From contig DATIFS010000075.1 of the NCBI GenBank assembly GCA_035455105.1, positions 11,012 through 75,011 of the forward strand: 64,000 nt of DNA, in the 5' to 3' direction. This DNA is from Nitrosarchaeum sp. (lineage in GTDB: Archaea; Thermoproteota; Nitrososphaeria; Nitrososphaerales; Nitrosopumilaceae). The notes below the pieces were generated by a model. That model made no database searches. It was given only the letters and a program-made list of their open reading frames with translations, and had not been told where the DNA came from. Shown here piece after piece: positions 9,884 through 18,267 of the stretch (position 1 is its first letter; each line of letters begins with the position of its first letter). Both the position numbers and the translations under genes were made by a program.

Positions 9884-11632
9884 TTGCAAATTTCATTTAA
9901 TATGGATAAAAAATTGATTCTTTTAGTAATCATGGTATCTATAATAACAATTGTGATTACAGCTTATCTGAGTTTTAGTTATGCTGAACAAATTCTAACA
10001 GATAGAGCTAGCAATCAATTACTTGGTGAATCTACAGTACGTGGTAATACCATCCGACTTCTTTTTGAATCTAGAATTGAACAAAATAAAATTATAGCAA
10101 ATGATCCGATGATAAAAATTCTAGTTACTGAATTAGATAATACACCTGAACCTGAGTTTGACAAAGCAAGAGATAGTAAACGTAGAGATTTTCTTACTCA
10201 AATTCAAGCATTTCAAACACTTGTTGGGTTTTCAATTGGATTTGAAGATGTTAAAATTATTGGAACAAATGGAAAAGTTTTCTTTTCACTTGGTAAGCTA
10301 ACTGATAATAGTTTTCTTCAAGATCCATTATTTCAAAAAGGACTAAAAAAATCAATAATTGATTTTGAGCCAACCCCTACTGGCAAAAAAATGATTGTAG
10401 TTTCTCCAATTTTTGCTCAAGATAGTAAAAAAGATGATAATCCTATAGGTGTAATTATTTCAAGAATGAGAACTGAATCATTAGATAGTATATTAGTTGA
10501 TAGAAGTGGTTTAGGAAAAACCGGAGAAGTTTACATCGTAAATGATGGATTTTTAATGTTATCTGAATCTCGATTCATAAATAATGCTATCTTCAAACAA
10601 AAAGTTGATACCACTCCTGTCCAAAAATGTTTTAGAGAAGGAGAAGATTTTACAGGAATTTATACTGATTATAGAAAAATCAATATTCATGGTTCTTCAT
10701 ATTGTGCTAAAGATTTAGGATTTGTTTTACTTGCAGAAATTGATGAAGCAGAAACAATTCAACCAATTTTAGTACTTCAAAATAGAATTTTCCAAACAGG
10801 TCTTATGATTACAGCTATAATGATTTTTGTTGCATTCATAGTTTCAAAAACTTTTTCACGACCTCTAAAGAAACTAAAAAATGCTGCAAATCAAGTCGCA
10901 AATGGAGATTTTCACGTTAGAACGAATATTACAACAAGAGATGAAATTGGTGAATTATCTCACGCATTTGATTCCATGACTGAAAAGCTTCAGAAATCAT
11001 TAATTGAAATTAAAGAAAAAGAAGATGTTATAAAACAACAAGAAAATATTTTATTACAATTTTCTAGTCATAGTGAAAAATATTGTGTATGCATGGTAGA
11101 TATTATGAATTCAACAAAAATTACCCTACAATTATCAGAATCAGAAACTAGCGAATTCTATAAAATTTTTCTTAATTCTATTGCTGAAATTGTAAGAAAT
11201 TTTGGTGGCATAGTAGTAAAAAATATTGGGGATGCATTATTGTTTTATTTTCCAGTTGTACAATCAGAAGAATCTGCATTAAAAAAATGTCTTGATTGTT
11301 GCTTGACTTTATGCGAATCACATGAATATATTATACAAAAACTAGAAAAACAAAACTTACCTATTTTTAATTATAGAATTAGTTCTACTTATGGAATTGT
11401 TAGAATAGCAAAAACATCTATATCTTCTGTTAATGATATTTTTGGAAATACTGTAAATCGTTGTGCTAAGATAAATCGAGTTGCTCCTGCAAATAGGTTG
11501 GTTATAGGAGAAGAATTCTATGATAGCGCTAAACTTTTTGATGATTACATCTTCAAAAAAATTGATGATGTTACAGAATCAAAATCTGATTATTCAGTAT
11601 ATCTTGTTTTCAAAAAGAACGTTGTATTATAA
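9884..11632 (+). CDS. Membrane sensor (TM-Cache-TM-HAMP) fused to a class III adenylate/guanylate cyclase domain
   Basis: Two TMs flank an extracellular domain; HAMP (RPLKKL...DEIGELSHAFDSM); cyclase motifs VDIMNST, KNIGDA and DIFGNTVNRCAK. Confidence 0.85.
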   Translation: MQISFNMDKKLILLVIMVSIITIVITAYLSFSYAEQILTDRASNQLLGESTVRGNTIRLLFESRIEQNKIIANDPMIKILVTELDNTPEPEFDKARDSKRRDFLTQIQAFQTLVGFSIGFEDVKIIGTNGKVFFSLGKLTDNSFLQDPLFQKGLKKSIIDFEPTPTGKKMIVVSPIFAQDSKKDDNPIGVIISRMRTESLDSILVDRSGLGKTGEVYIVNDGFLMLSESRFINNAIFKQKVDTTPVQKCFREGEDFTGIYTDYRKINIHGSSYCAKDLGFVLLAEIDEAETIQPILVLQNRIFQTGLMITAIMIFVAFIVSKTFSRPLKKLKNAANQVANGDFHVRTNITTRDEIGELSHAFDSMTEKLQKSLIEIKEKEDVIKQQENILLQFSSHSEKYCVCMVDIMNSTKITLQLSESETSEFYKIFLNSIAEIVRNFGGIVVKNIGDALLFYFPVVQSEESALKKCLDCCLTLCESHEYIIQKLEKQNLPIFNYRISSTYGIVRIAKTSISSVNDIFGNTVNRCAKINRVAPANRLVIGEEFYDSAKLFDDYIFKKIDDVTESKSDYSVYLVFKKNVVL

Positions 11633-11634
11633 AT

Positions 11635-11961
11635 TTAAATTAATTCAGTTGATTTTTCTTTTGTACTTATATCATATGATTCATCTATATTTGAAACAAA
11701 AATTTTTCCATCTCCTTTTTGTCCGGTATGGGCAACATCCATTACTGCAGAAACCACAGAATCTACTATCGAATCATGAACTACAGTAACTATCACATCA
11801 GTTGAATTAAATTCAATTTGGCGTCCTCCAATTTCAGGTCGTTCACCTGCTCCTTGCCCCAATGATTGAGTCAGTGTGACTCCACCTACACCCACTTTTC
11901 TTATTGCTTTTATAACCTGTTTTGAAACTTCACTTTGTACAATTATTTCTATTCGTTTCAT
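11635..11961 (-). CDS. P-II family signal transduction protein, non-canonical
   Basis: B-loop TGQKGDGKIF and overall P-II length and pattern. Confidence 0.9.
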   Translation of the reverse strand: MKRIEIIVQSEVSKQVIKAIRKVGVGGVTLTQSLGQGAGERPEIGGRQIEFNSTDVIVTVVHDSIVDSVVSAVMDVAHTGQKGDGKIFVSNIDESYDISTKEKSTELI

Positions 11962-11989
11962 AATTAAACACTATATTCTAGTAATTTAA

Positions 11990-12082
11990 AAATGCACTTT
12001 AAATTATCACTAATTTTTGATTATTACTAAAACTGAATATCAATATTGAAATTTACACTAACATTAAATGCAATTTAAATTA
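11990..12082. repeat. Two 17-bp direct repeats AAATGCA(C/A)TTTAAATTA in the divergent P-II/cupredoxin intergenic region
   Basis: Copies at 11990-12006 and 12066-12082 are identical at 16 of 17 positions. The first is also part of the inverted repeat TAATTTAAA-N7-TTTAAATTA (11982-12006). Confidence 0.6.
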
Positions 12083-12092
12083 TTATTATCCC

Positions 12093-13082
12093 ATGTCTTA
12101 CTTAATATTCATAATTATAGTTGGAATGTTAGGCTCATTCTCTTCCATATATGCAGAAGATTATACAATTAGTATTCCATTTGGAGCATATAATCCAGAA
12201 TTAAACACACCTACAGAAGTATGGTATGATCCACCAATCATATCTATTAACATTGGAGATACTGTAACGTGGATAAATAATGACAAAGAAGGACATACTG
12301 TAACAAGTGGACATAGCTCCGGAAGATTTGGTTGGATGAATAAAGATTTTGGAACTCCTGATGGTCTATTTGATAGTGATAGATTCATGCCAAATGAATC
12401 ATGGTCATATACATTTGAGAAATCAGGTTCATTTTCATATTATTGTACTATTCATCCTTGGATGGATGGAATAGTGATAGTTAAAGAATCCATACCGGAT
12501 TATCCACATGATTCATTTGGGAAAAAGATTGAAAAATTTCCAGTTATTCAATTCACGCCAGATAATGCTATTGAATCTGATCTGACATGGGAACCATCTG
12601 TTATCAAAACACATGAAAATGTAAAATTTGTCTACCAATTTTACAGTAGTGCATCAAATGTAAATCTTGCAAATATGAAATATGACTTTGTTTTGATTCA
12701 AAATGGTAAAGAAATTTATCGTGATACTGGACTTACGCAGGTTGGTGGAGATTATCGAAATTTCATATTTGATAACTCTGGTTCAATTATAATTCGATTT
12801 GAGGGAATAGAAGGAACTACAGGTACTGTCACTGACAAATCTATTGATACCACTACATCAAAGGCTGCAAGAACAACAGAATTTTCCACCATTGTTTATG
12901 ACAATCCTGAAAAAACAACTCATGAACAAATACATACAAAACCTGCACAGCGTTTGGAATTCTATTATGAGTTACTTTTAGCTATAATATTAGCTCCAGC
13001 AGCACTATTTATTGTAGCAATATTTTGGATGAAGAGAAAACCAAAAAATTCTGAACCAAAATATGGTAGTGTTAATATCTAA
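12093..13082 (+). CDS. Membrane-anchored type-1 copper (plastocyanin/cupredoxin) protein with an extra domain
   Basis: Signal peptide, EGHTVT and YYCTIHPWM (His, Cys, His, Met ligands), C-terminal TM with a basic tail. Confidence 0.9.
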   Translation: MSYLIFIIIVGMLGSFSSIYAEDYTISIPFGAYNPELNTPTEVWYDPPIISINIGDTVTWINNDKEGHTVTSGHSSGRFGWMNKDFGTPDGLFDSDRFMPNESWSYTFEKSGSFSYYCTIHPWMDGIVIVKESIPDYPHDSFGKKIEKFPVIQFTPDNAIESDLTWEPSVIKTHENVKFVYQFYSSASNVNLANMKYDFVLIQNGKEIYRDTGLTQVGGDYRNFIFDNSGSIIIRFEGIEGTTGTVTDKSIDTTTSKAARTTEFSTIVYDNPEKTTHEQIHTKPAQRLEFYYELLLAIILAPAALFIVAIFWMKRKPKNSEPKYGSVNI

Positions 13083-13116
13083 AATAATAAAAAGAAATTA
13101 AAAATGATGACCTAAT

Positions 13117-13416
13117 CTAATCGATTAATTCGGTCCAACCTTTAACGAAGACTGAGTTCTTGTAGAGTGGAACTGGTTGTCCAACGGTAAAGTCCATTGG
13201 TCTCATCCAAAAGATTGCCTTTGTTGGGCATACACCTATGCATGCACCATCAGAAATACATCTTTCTGGATAAAATACAAATGCTTTACCTCTCTTCCAG
13301 CCTTCGACTGGTTTTACTCTAAGTACATCTGGTCCCAATGTTGTACAGATTTCTACACATAGTGCGCATCCGATACACATTTGTTCGCTGATGTCTGGAA
13401 TAATTCCTACTGGCAT
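13117..13416 (-). CDS. Dicluster-type ferredoxin
   Basis: CIGCALCVEIC and CISDGACIGVCP motifs. Confidence 0.92.
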   Translation of the reverse strand: MPVGIIPDISEQMCIGCALCVEICTTLGPDVLRVKPVEGWKRGKAFVFYPERCISDGACIGVCPTKAIFWMRPMDFTVGQPVPLYKNSVFVKGWTELID

Positions 13417-13468
13417 AACGAAATTTCTTATCTTTTGATCTTAATATAATTTACCTAAAAAATTTGAA

Positions 13469-13506
13469 TTATAACGGCGTTTCAAATTTTATAACACCGT
13501 TTAAAC
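13469..13506. promoter_or_regulatory. Tandem 18-bp imperfect repeats with a 20-bp period upstream of the ferredoxin TATA box
   Basis: TTATAACGGCGTTTCAAA (13469-13486) and TTATAACACCGTTTAAAC (13489-13506), each containing an AAC-N3-GTT core. Confidence 0.5.
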
Positions 13507-13535
13507 TTCTGATCGCTTTTTCAAAGATCAAAGCA

Positions 13536-14141
13536 TTATATCTTGAATGTTTTTTCAGTAACTCCTTTTTGATTTAATGAACTAAGAATAAAACTATTAT
13601 CCATTCTACTAAGATTGTACATTCCTGATTTTTTTGAATCAATAATATGCCTACCTCCTGGAGAAAGAATCCATTCATTATTATCGTTTTTTCGTACTAT
13701 GGCAGTAATTATCACAGAAGAACCACTCTCTATTCCAATGAATGAAAGTAACATTAATGATGCATTGATGAATCTTCCAGATTCTTTCTCATCAAAAATA
13801 CCATAAAATCCATTCAATGAATCAATAACAATCAATTTTTTCTCATTTGATATTCTATTTGCTATTTCTGTTATGATTTTTTTCCAATCCTCTTTACTTG
13901 GACGATAAATATCCACTTTGTTATTTTTTTTAATCATTTCTGAAACAATATAACCACTATAAAGTAAGTCAAAATCTAAAAAAATCACTGGATAATCATT
14001 GGAATTAATTAATTCTTTTAAAAATTCAGTTTTAAGAAAAGGATCAGAACACAATATTATGTTTAGATTTTTATTTGAAAATTCCTTTCTCACATATGTT
14101 AAATCACTATCTAAAATCTGTTCATGATTTTTATCCAACAC
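13536..14141 (-). CDS. RecA-like P-loop-fold protein with a degenerate Walker A
   Basis: VIFLDFD and LIVIDSL (Walker B-like) strands; Walker A appears as CSDPFLKT. Confidence 0.55.
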   Translation of the reverse strand: MLDKNHEQILDSDLTYVRKEFSNKNLNIILCSDPFLKTEFLKELINSNDYPVIFLDFDLLYSGYIVSEMIKKNNKVDIYRPSKEDWKKIITEIANRISNEKKLIVIDSLNGFYGIFDEKESGRFINASLMLLSFIGIESGSSVIITAIVRKNDNNEWILSPGGRHIIDSKKSGMYNLSRMDNSFILSSLNQKGVTEKTFKI

Positions 14142-14167
14142 TCATTTAGTATTTAACAGATATAATA

Positions 14168-15319
14168 ATGAATTTGACCTCAAAAGATATCTCGGAAGAT
14201 TTTCCTAATTCTGGTAAAATTTATCTAAATAATGCCTCTGTTTCTTTAATGCCTTTACAAAGTATTGAAGCAATGAAAGATTTTCTAATTACTTATAATT
14301 CAATGGGACCTGATTCCATAGATTCTAAATCATTTGTTACTGAGAAACTACAAAATACAAGAAAAGTTATTGCAAAAATTATCAATTGTAAACCTGAAGA
14401 AGTTATTTTAACCCAAAGTACTACTGATGGAATAAATATAGTTGCAAATGGTCTTTCATTTGAACAAAATTCTAATCTTATTATTCGTGGTTTGTCTCAT
14501 GAGCATCATGCAAATTTTTATCCTTGGCTTAGATTACAAAACAAAACTAAAATTAGAAATTTATCTATAGATAAAAATGGGTTTTTTAATTTTGATGAAT
14601 TCAAAACACTTCTTGATAATGATACAAAATTAGTAGCCATTAGTCATGCATTATACAATACTGGTTCAATATTACCAATTGAAAAAATTGGAAACATGCT
14701 TGAAAATCACACTTTATATTTTATTGATAGTGCACAAACGGTTGGCTGTATAGGGAATTTTGATGTGGCAAAAATCAAATGTAATTTTATGTCTTTTAAC
14801 GGATCTAAATGGTTGTGTGGACCTATGGGAACAGGATTATTTTATTGCAGTAAAAAATCACAGGAGTTACTAGAACCTATGACCATTGGAGGAGAATCAG
14901 CAATGATCTACGATAATACAAATCTAGCATTCAAAGACATTCCTGATAAATTTCAAACAGGATTTCGAAATTATGTTGGCATAGTAGGTTTGGAATCATC
15001 AGCAAATTATCTTCTTAAATTTGGTATGGAAAACATACGTGCAAAAAATCTCTATCTTTCAAATCTTTTAAGGGAAGAATTATCTAAAATAAAAAATGTT
15101 GTTCTTTATGGACCAGAAAATCCTGACGAAAGAACCAGTATAATTTCTTTCAATATTGATGGTCATGATCCACAAATGATAGTAGAAAAACTAGAAAAAC
15201 AAAATATAGTATTAGCTGTTAGAGAAATTCCAGAGCAAAAAATCATACGAGCATCACCACATTTTTTTAATACTGAATCTGAAATACTTCGAGTTATTGA
15301 TGCAATAAAAAATCTATAG
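14168..15319 (+). CDS. Class V PLP aminotransferase / cysteine desulfurase-like protein
   Basis: YLNNAS, EHHAN, IDSAQ and NGSKWLCGP (PLP lysine) motifs. Confidence 0.88.
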   Translation: MNLTSKDISEDFPNSGKIYLNNASVSLMPLQSIEAMKDFLITYNSMGPDSIDSKSFVTEKLQNTRKVIAKIINCKPEEVILTQSTTDGINIVANGLSFEQNSNLIIRGLSHEHHANFYPWLRLQNKTKIRNLSIDKNGFFNFDEFKTLLDNDTKLVAISHALYNTGSILPIEKIGNMLENHTLYFIDSAQTVGCIGNFDVAKIKCNFMSFNGSKWLCGPMGTGLFYCSKKSQELLEPMTIGGESAMIYDNTNLAFKDIPDKFQTGFRNYVGIVGLESSANYLLKFGMENIRAKNLYLSNLLREELSKIKNVVLYGPENPDERTSIISFNIDGHDPQMIVEKLEKQNIVLAVREIPEQKIIRASPHFFNTESEILRVIDAIKNL

Positions 15320-15586
15320 ATTTTCTTGCTCTTCTATTACCATCATTGTTAATGTTGATTGTATTTTACCGATTTTTCTAATTTTATTTGTAATTATTGA
15401 CCTTAATTTTTCAGCATCTTTAGATGATAATTTTAAAACTATGTCATATACTCCATAGACTCCTTGAACCTCATATTGCATCTCCTCATTTGCAAGAATA
15501 CGTTTGATATCTGCTATTATGGATTCATCAGACCCTAGATCAGAATTTAATAAAACATATGCTGTAGGCACATTGCAGATTTTCAT
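15314..15586 (-). CDS. Stand-alone Lrp/AsnC ligand-binding-domain protein
   Basis: VYGVYDIVLK...IRKIGKIQSTLTM; no HTH. Confidence 0.85.
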   Translation of the reverse strand: MKICNVPTAYVLLNSDLGSDESIIADIKRILANEEMQYEVQGVYGVYDIVLKLSSKDAEKLRSIITNKIRKIGKIQSTLTMMVIEEQENL

Positions 15587-15634
15587 AAAACACTATTTAA
15601 CCTTTCATAGATCTCAAAAACTGATTAATCTCTA

Positions 15635-16303
15635 TTGGAATTCATTATTATGAAACTAATAGATCTGACACTGACAATATCGCAATCTATTCCTACTTTT
15701 CCTGGATCTCCAAAAACACAATTCCTTCTTTGGTCAACTCTAAAAGATAATGGATACAATCTAGAATTATTATTTCTTAGTTCTCACACTGGAACTCATT
15801 TGGATGCACCATACCATTTTGTAAAAAATGGAATTAAAATACACCAAATACCTCTTGATAGACTATTAGGAAATGCTATATTAATAAAAATAAAAAAAGG
15901 GAAAAATCAAGCAATTACCAAAAATGACTTGGTTTTATTTGAAAAAACATATGGTGATATTCCAAATCACTCATCAATAATTTTTCATACAGAATGGCAA
16001 AAAAATCTTATGAGCAATTATTATTTTATTAGTAATCCTGGATTATCAGAATCAGCTGCTACATATCTTGTATCAAAAGAGATTAATTTAGTTGGAATTG
16101 ATTCACCAAGTATAGATCTTGGAAAAGATAAAACCTTTAGAGTTCACAAAATACTTGCAAAAAATAATATCTTAATTGTTGAGAATCTATCAAATTTAAA
16201 TAAAATATATTCACAACAATTTGATTTCGTAATTTTACCATTAAAACTAAAGGATGCAACTGGTTCACCTGTTCGAGCAATTGCTATTCAACGCACAAAG
16301 TGA
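15635..16303 (+). CDS. Cyclase family protein (kynurenine formamidase-like); probable start at 15650
   Basis: HTGTHLDAPYH metal motif, VGIDSPS, IVENL and GSPVRAIA. Confidence 0.9.
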   Translation: MEFIIMKLIDLTLTISQSIPTFPGSPKTQFLLWSTLKDNGYNLELLFLSSHTGTHLDAPYHFVKNGIKIHQIPLDRLLGNAILIKIKKGKNQAITKNDLVLFEKTYGDIPNHSSIIFHTEWQKNLMSNYYFISNPGLSESAATYLVSKEINLVGIDSPSIDLGKDKTFRVHKILAKNNILIVENLSNLNKIYSQQFDFVILPLKLKDATGSPVRAIAIQRTK

Positions 16304-17436
16304 AATCTTTGTTTTCTATAATTCTTTGATAACTTACCAATAATTGGTATTTGATTTCCACAAAACTTACATTTGTTATTATCATCAAGATTCCATCCTT
16401 CAATATCAAAACCGTATCTTTTGATTACAATATTTTTACAGTCAGGACAGTAAGTATGCTCTAAAGGATGACCTGGTACATTTCCAATATATGCATACTC
16501 TAATCCAACTTTTTTTGCAATTTCATGATGTTTTTCTAAAGTTTTGACAGGCGTAGAATCAAACTCCATCATTTTGTAATCTGGATGAAAACGCAAAAAA
16601 TGTATGGGCATTTTCGGACCAAACTGATCATAAATAAATTTACATAATTTTTCTGCAAATTCTAAATCATCTCCAACTTTTGGAATGATAAGATCTGTAA
16701 TTTCTACATGAATTTTTGTTTTATCACGAATTTCTAATAATGTATCAAAAATAGGTTTAGGATCAGGAATCCCAATAAATTTTCTTGTAAAATTAGGTTC
16801 TGCATTACCTTTGAAGTCAACTGTTATTGAATCTAAAAACTCACTCATCATTTTTACTGATTCTGGAGTGTCATACCCATTTGAAACAAATATGTTGTAA
16901 AGATTTTTTTGATGTGCTAATACTCCACAATCTCTTGCAAATTCAATGAATATAGATGGTTCATTGTATGTATACGCAATTCCATCTGCGCCGTTATCTA
17001 ATGCTGTTTGTACTACTTGCTGAGGAGTCATATCTGTACCCTCAACTTTTCTTCTTTGGCTTATATCATAATTCTGGCAATATTTACAAAGCCAATTACA
17101 TCCAGTAGTAGCAATAGAAAATACCTTAGAACCTGGTTTGTAATGAATAACTGGTTTTTTTTCTATTGGATCAACATGTCCTGTAATTACTTTACCATAT
17201 ACAAACAAGTCCAACTTTCCATTTTCGTTACCCCGTATTCCACATAATCCAATTTGTCCATCTGCCATTTCACAATATCTTGCACAGGCAGTACAACGAA
17301 CTTTTTTGTTAGGTAATTTTTCATAAAGAATTGCCTCTTTATTCATTTCATATTCCCATATGCATTTTTCCCATATAAGGCACATCCATTTTCGCAATCC
17401 TAAAAGTATAGAAAACACAATAACAAACATGAGCAA
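16288..17436 (-). CDS. amrS: AmmeMemoRadiSam-system radical SAM enzyme; probable start MNKEAIL at 17346
   Basis: N-terminal CTACARYC...GLCGIR, DPIEKKP, CxxxCxxC (GCNWLCKYCQN) and a C-terminal CPDC...CKFC. Confidence 0.88.
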   Translation of the reverse strand: MLMFVIVFSILLGLRKWMCLIWEKCIWEYEMNKEAILYEKLPNKKVRCTACARYCEMADGQIGLCGIRGNENGKLDLFVYGKVITGHVDPIEKKPVIHYKPGSKVFSIATTGCNWLCKYCQNYDISQRRKVEGTDMTPQQVVQTALDNGADGIAYTYNEPSIFIEFARDCGVLAHQKNLYNIFVSNGYDTPESVKMMSEFLDSITVDFKGNAEPNFTRKFIGIPDPKPIFDTLLEIRDKTKIHVEITDLIIPKVGDDLEFAEKLCKFIYDQFGPKMPIHFLRFHPDYKMMEFDSTPVKTLEKHHEIAKKVGLEYAYIGNVPGHPLEHTYCPDCKNIVIKRYGFDIEGWNLDDNNKCKFCGNQIPIIGKLSKNYRKQRFHFVR

Positions 17437-17923
17437 ACCTGGAAATATTTGGAGAAAAGTTCATGGTAAAATTACTAAAAAACCAACAAATTTCTCATGG
17501 CTAATCGAAGATAAACTTGCAGGTTCTGGAATGCCAACAAGTTTTGATGAACTAGATTGGATTCTAAAACAAGGTGTAACATCAATTGTAACTATGACTG
17601 AAAATGCATTACCCGAAGAATGGGTAAGTGATATTGGTTACTTACATGTACCTACACCAGATCTCACTGCTCCAGATATGGATAGAATAGATACCGCAGT
17701 CGATTTTATTCACAATAAAATTTCTAATGATCAAGCTGTAATGGTTCATTGTGCGGCTGGAATGGGTAGGGCAGGAACCATACTAGCTTGTTACTTGGTA
17801 AAATACCAAAAGTATACTGCAAAAGATGCAATTAAAAAAATCAGAAAAGAAAGACCAGGTTCAATTCAATCTGAAATACAGGAATTGGCTATTACTTTTT
17901 ATGAAAAACATGTAGGAAATTAA
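17360..17923 (+). CDS. Dual-specificity (Cys-based) protein phosphatase; probable start at 17429
   Basis: VHCAAGMGRAGT CX5R P-loop. Confidence 0.9.
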   Translation: MHFSHIRHIHFRNPKSIENTITNMSKPGNIWRKVHGKITKKPTNFSWLIEDKLAGSGMPTSFDELDWILKQGVTSIVTMTENALPEEWVSDIGYLHVPTPDLTAPDMDRIDTAVDFIHNKISNDQAVMVHCAAGMGRAGTILACYLVKYQKYTAKDAIKKIRKERPGSIQSEIQELAITFYEKHVGN

Positions 17924-17927
17924 CAGA

Positions 17928-18074
17928 TCACATAAATTGTGATACTAGTTTCCCATCTACAATCTTGATCTTTAGTATTTTATTTTCTTGGAATATTAGA
18001 GTCATGCCTCCATCAGAATCAGGATCTTCAACTTTTACCAATTCCATCATTTTGATTTGTTCAAATTTATCCAT
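17928..18074 (-). CDS. Small 48-aa protein, paralogue B; not in the ORF track
   Basis: MDKFEQIKMMELVKVEDPDSDGGMTLIFQENKILKIKIVDGKLVSQFM, similar to the adjacent small ORF. Confidence 0.75.
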   Translation of the reverse strand: MDKFEQIKMMELVKVEDPDSDGGMTLIFQENKILKIKIVDGKLVSQFM

Positions 18075-18084
18075 ATCTTCTCAC

Positions 18085-18237
18085 TTATTCTGGAATTGAT
18101 ACGGCATCTATTTTTCCATCCACTGCTTTAATGAACAAAAATCTATTATCTTTAAAGATAAAAGTAATGCCTCCCTCTTTATCTGGCTCTTCAACTTCAA
18201 GAATTGGTTGTCCTAATAGACCATCGTATTTTGCCAT
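18085..18237 (-). CDS. Small 50-aa protein, paralogue A; not in the ORF track
   Basis: MAKYDGLLGQPILEVEEPDKEGGITFIFKDNRFLFIKAVDGKIDAVSIPE, in operon-like spacing with its neighbours. Confidence 0.78.
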   Translation of the reverse strand: MAKYDGLLGQPILEVEEPDKEGGITFIFKDNRFLFIKAVDGKIDAVSIPE

Positions 18238-18267
18238 ACTGATTAACCAAAAAAGTTCCTTATATCC

